From assembly GCA_965227835.1 (NCBI GenBank), contig OZ245768.1, positions 990,001 to 1,022,000 of the forward strand: a DNA stretch of 32,000 nt, given 5' to 3'. A model generated the notes under the pieces. The model did not search any database, was not told the DNA's origin, and was given only the letters and a program-made list of their open reading frames with translations. A program made the position numbers and the translations under genes. Below are positions 28,152 to 32,000 of this stretch, piece after piece (position 1 is the stretch's first letter; the number at the start of each line of letters is the position of its first letter). This DNA is from Candidatus Saccharimonadota bacterium (GTDB taxonomy: Bacteria; Patescibacteriota; Gracilibacteria; BD1-5; UBA6164).

Positions 28152-29900
28152 CTAAATCAAATCCTTCACCATATACTCTCAAATTAACTCATATCATAAT
28201 TTTTCATAATAAGCTCTAACTCATACCCCTGCTATTACAGCCATTTTCTCAAATCAATTTTGCTTTACTATAAGTTCAGCTTCTTTTACTAACCTTTTTC
28301 AAAATCATATATGTTGTCAAAAATGCTCCCCTTTCTCTCAAATATTTAACTGTTCTCAAAAACTATGAAGCTCTCTTATAATACTACATCAATCTAATTC
28401 TGGAAAAACATCTGTAATATCTAATTGATTATTTTTTGATTTTTTAAGTTCTTTTTTAAAAGAATATTTTGAAGGTAGTCTAAGTCTTAATAAAGAAAAA
28501 ATCGTCCTGTCTTTTGGATCTTCAAAAGTCAAAAAATGTTCTTGTCAATCAGATGCATCATAACTAAAAATATTTAATATAGCTTTTTTGGGATCATTTT
28601 TTCACTCTTTTATTTCTCTGTGTCTAATATCCATTAATTTTTTTCACTTCTCTTCTATTTTTTTCTCTACAAGCTGTCTCAAATTTGCCAATTTACTTCA
28701 TTCAAGTATTTCAGAAGAAGGTATATCTCTGTATGTTCTATTAAGTCTAACATATTCTGGGATCATCATTTGTAATTCAGCCGTTAGATCTATCAATGTA
28801 TCATCATCATAAGCTTTGAATCACCCCTTTTTCCATATATCTGTAAGTTCTGATTTATCAGTAACCATCATAGGATATATTTTTATTTCATCTGGTCTAA
28901 ACTCTGAATCATCAAAGATTTTTTTAAAAGATTTTTTATCTAAGCTGGGATTAGAACCTAGCAAATTAGGCATCATATGTGCAACAACCTTGAATCAAGC
29001 ATTTTTTAACATTTTTGTTGCTTCTATACTTTCTTTATTTCAATGTCATCTCTTATTTAACTCATTTATTTCATCAATTGTAGTTTGATATCCAAGTTCT
29101 ACTCTTGTAATTCAATAATTTCTAAGTCTCTTTAACTCTTCCAAATTAACCCAATCCGGTCTAGTTTCTATTGCTATTCATACAACCCTAAGTCTTGATT
29201 TTTGATTTATATGTTTTGCTTCCTGTAAATCTTTTGATAATTTTGCCTTATATCATTCTTTAAGTTTAAATGTAGCAAATCTATCATTATCATAATTAGT
29301 TTTTTCCAAATACAGTTTCATATCATCATATGTATTAAAAGCATCATAAATTGCTTTTATAAACATTTCTTGATATTCCAAAGGATAAAAAGACCAAGTA
29401 CCTCAAATTATTCTCACATCATTTTTATCTATCTTATGACCTGTAATTTCTAAAGCTCTTAGTCTATTATGTATTTGCATAATAGGGTCAAAATTATTCA
29501 AAACTGCTCTTTGTACAGCTGGTTCATTTGGAATATATGATTTTGGTAAACCTTTGAATGTAGGACAATAAACACATTTACCAGGACATCAAAAAAATTT
29601 AGTTAAAAGAGAAATTACACTTACTCAACTAAGACTTCTGACTCATCTTTTTCTTAAAACTTTTTTAAAAAATAGGTTTTCTTCCAAACTAGAATCAGCT
29701 ATAAGCTCATCGTATCTTTCAATTAATTCTATTGATTGTAAAGGTTTTTTAATACCATATTTTTTGTAAACTTCATTTTTTAGCTTATGAAAATCTCTTT
29801 TGGAAAAGTCACTGCTATTTTTTATAGCATGAGAGACTCAAAGTTTCAAAATCTCATCAATAATTTCAGTTTTATTTTTTGTAATTAAAGGTTTTGTCAT
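28152..29900 (-). CDS. elp3: Elp3-family radical SAM / GNAT acetyltransferase (bacterial Elongator protein 3 homolog), 582 aa
   Basis: Starts MTKPLITKNK. Radical SAM cluster motif is FFGCPGKCVYCP. Also reads ...RIIGGTWSFYP..., ...VGIAIETRPDW..., ...GITRVELGYQT... and ...KVVAHMMPNLLGS.... The C-terminal GNAT motif is ELHSFGEQLNIGEKGEHFGQHIGFGKRLVKEAE. Length is a multiple of 3. Track ORFs 28588..28812(+) and 28816..29088(+) are antisense shadows. Confidence 0.85.
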
Positions 29901-30009
29901 TTCTCGTTCAATTTTAATTTTTGATATTAATAGATTATATGATAAATTGCTTTTTTTCAATTTTAGTATAGCATATTAGAAATAAAATACATTTCTAAAT
30001 TTATAAAAA

Positions 30010-31320
30010 ATGCATAAAAAATTAAATGCTTTTACATTTGTGGAGTTGATGATAGTTATAATAATTTTAACTACAATATCAATGATATGATTTTCATCCT
30101 ATACTTCTCACCTATCTTGAGTCAGAGATACAAATAGAATTTCACAACTAAGAGCTATCTCTGAATCTTTAAAAATATATTCTGTTTTCAACAGACTACC
30201 TTACCCAGATGAAAGAGTAAGCATAAAAAATGATACAGATTATATAGCATATCAAGGTTATTTATGAGAAGAATCAATAACTCAAATAAAATATAGCTGA
30301 GATTGAGTGGATCCCGAAAATTGAACTCCATTTTCATATTACTTAGATTCAAATAGGAAAAATTTTCAGCTTATGAGTTTTTTAGAAAACAATAAAGATA
30401 AAATTACTTATAAGGAAACAGTTTCAAAGACCAATGCGATTGATTATGATTCAATTTATCCTTATGTAGATTGAAAAGATTTATGAATAATGACATGAAC
30501 TTGAGATGATTTAAATAAACCAATTCAAGAACTATGAATAGATGAAATTGATATTTCTTCTGTTTCAACCCCTTATGTATCTTATATAAATAACGACCTT
30601 AAATTGGTTTGAAACTCAGAAGTTTTATATGTATTAGAATGAATAAAAGATGCTTGAGGTATATGAGCCAACTGTAAAGAACTCATAGATTCAAGACCAA
30701 GCTTGGAATGAAAAGATTGATATTATCTTATAAAACCCAGATGAGAAAAAGCTTTTATAGTACATTGTAATATGAGTCTTTATGGTTGATGATGGACTAG
30801 ATATACTGAATATAGCTCATCTATGTACTATGTAAATGAACTTTGAGATTTAGTAGAAAATTTTGATGAATTATTTTATTCATATAAAAGAAGCTGAATA
30901 AATGATAAATATGCTTTTAGATTTAAAAAACTTTGGACTAAACAATGTGGAGATGAACATTGACATAAATCTGATTTAAAACTAGCACTTAGAGATTATG
31001 TTGACCATATAGAAAATGAATCATGGTGATATTGTTGACGGAATAGCACAACTGGAGATGCAAATGATATAGAAATAGAGAAAATAATAAATTTTGAGTT
31101 TAAAAATGATGATTGTGTTACCTGAAACTTAAATAAAACAAGTGGTCGGAATTACTCTTGGTCTAGTGTTACAACATCAGATTGAAAATCTGTGGGAGAT
31201 CATGTACATCGGATTTCTAATCATACTGTACTTTTTTGACCAAGGTGAAACTGATCATCCCGGTGTGCCTGAGCAAATTCATGACCGAGTGCATCTGAAG
31301 TATATATGTATTTGAGATAG
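30010..31320 (+). CDS. Type IV pilin-like protein with a C-terminal fibrinogen-related (GGGWT) domain, 436 aa
   Basis: Starts MHKKLNAFTFVELMIVIIILTTISMIGFSSY, a class III signal / N-methylation motif with Glu at +5. The C-terminal part reads NCKELIDSRPSLEGKDGYYLIKPRGEKAFIVHCNMSLYGGGWTRYTEY, which is the fibrinogen C-domain A-subdomain pattern. Many TGA=Gly codons. Stop is TAG 31318-31320. Confidence 0.75.
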
Positions 31321-31361
31321 TTTATAATTATTTTATATGAACCAAACAAAAGTAACAAAAA

Positions 31362-31386
31362 AGAGATAAAGATTGACTTTATCTCT
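31362..31386. terminator. Hairpin between convergent genes (candidate bidirectional intrinsic terminator)
   Basis: agagataaa-gattgac-tttatctct, followed by a T-rich run and preceded by an A-rich run. It lies between the pilin stop (31320) and the minus-strand gene stop (31410). Confidence 0.5.
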
Positions 31387-31409
31387 TTTAAAATAATTTT
31401 TAAAACTTA

Positions 31410-31997
31410 TTAACTTTTAACTTTTAACTTATTTTCCTTCTCAGTATTTTTAATCTTTTTTAATTTGAAAAACAAAGAAAATATAAAATCTTTTATTTTA
31501 ACAAAAATCAAGAATATATCATATAAAAAAGGTATTTTATAGTTAAGGTTTCAAGCTTTGAGATTTCATATCGCAAAAAATAAAGGAATTAACAAAAATA
31601 ACTGGTATTTATTATCAAAAGAATAAATCAAGGCCAAAACAATAAAAGAAATACTTATTAAAAACCCATTTATTATATGATTTTTTTGTTTTGAATTTAA
31701 GTTAAACAAAGATATAAAATTTATCAAAGGAATATAAACTAAGTATTTATTGAGCTTGAAGTTTTCAAGACTTTTCAAAAATTTTAATTCAACCTGACTT
31801 CTTTTATTCTCCGCATCAGAAAAATTTTTAAAAAGAGATTCAAAATCTCTAAACTCTTTTTTTGAATTAATATAATTATAGAGATATACAAAAGATACCT
31901 TTAAATAGTTTAAAATCTCTCTAGGAAAAGGAAATTTATCAAGTTTTATATTTATAACTTCATTTCTCACAAAAATATTTATAGAACTATAAACCAT
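31410..31997 (-). CDS. Hypothetical membrane protein (at least 195 aa; may begin beyond the window)
   Basis: Track ORF 31566..31997 extends through TGA to TAA 31410-31412: ...LLIPLFFAIGNLKAGNLNYKIPFLYDIFLIFVKIKDFIFSLFFKLKKIKNTEKENKLKVKS*. It has hydrophobic segments. ATG 31997 lies 3 nt from the window edge. Confidence 0.45.
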
Positions 31998-32000
31998 AAA

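Noticed and set aside
28588-29088. Plus-strand ORFs 28588..28812 and 28816..29088.
   Set aside because: They are antisense shadows of the Elp3 gene (28152..29900, minus), which has strong motif support.
1-32000. tRNA, rRNA or other structured RNA genes.
   Set aside because: I found no stretch with the compositional or cloverleaf features of tRNA or rRNA. The intergenic regions are short, or are occupied by the repeats and hairpins described above. A covariance-model scan would be needed to exclude small ncRNAs.

Overview
This is a very AT-rich bacterial window. The supplied standard-code ORF track is fragmented because TGA is a sense codon here. TGA falls on invariant glycines of several unrelated families: ABC Walker A and LSGGE, the subtilisin DTG/HGTH/SGTS motifs, IS200 TnpA, and Elp3. 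That matches genetic code 25 (UGA=Gly; Gracilibacteria/Absconditabacteria-type CPR bacteria). All calls below come from manual translation with TGA=Gly, so coordinates may carry small errors.

Layout:
- 1-3477 (+): a TesA-like SGNH hydrolase, an ABC ATPase and an FtsX-type permease.
- 3480-27518 (-): a roughly 24 kb polymorphic-toxin island.
  - One 2700-aa secreted protein: signal peptide, S8 subtilisin domain, acidic repeats, about 13 Ig-like repeats, a PT-TG-like linker and a HicA-like C-terminal tail.
  - Eight tandem mosaic paralogs that are putative immunity genes. Each is preceded by a diversified copy of the toxin's last ~50 codons, and each contains a length-variable (CT)n tract.
  - Two near-identical start-less orphan modules (PT-TG plus an EndoU-like nuclease), each with a downstream putative immunity gene and further cassette genes.
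  - One decayed terminal remnant.
  - The two duplicated cassettes differ by an IS200-type insertion in one copy and a MITE-like insertion in the other.
- 27.5-32 kb: an array of short palindromic repeats, a bacterial Elp3 homolog (-), a type IV pilin fused to a fibrinogen-like domain (+), a shared terminator hairpin, and a membrane protein (-).

I recognised no rRNA, tRNA or CRISPR.
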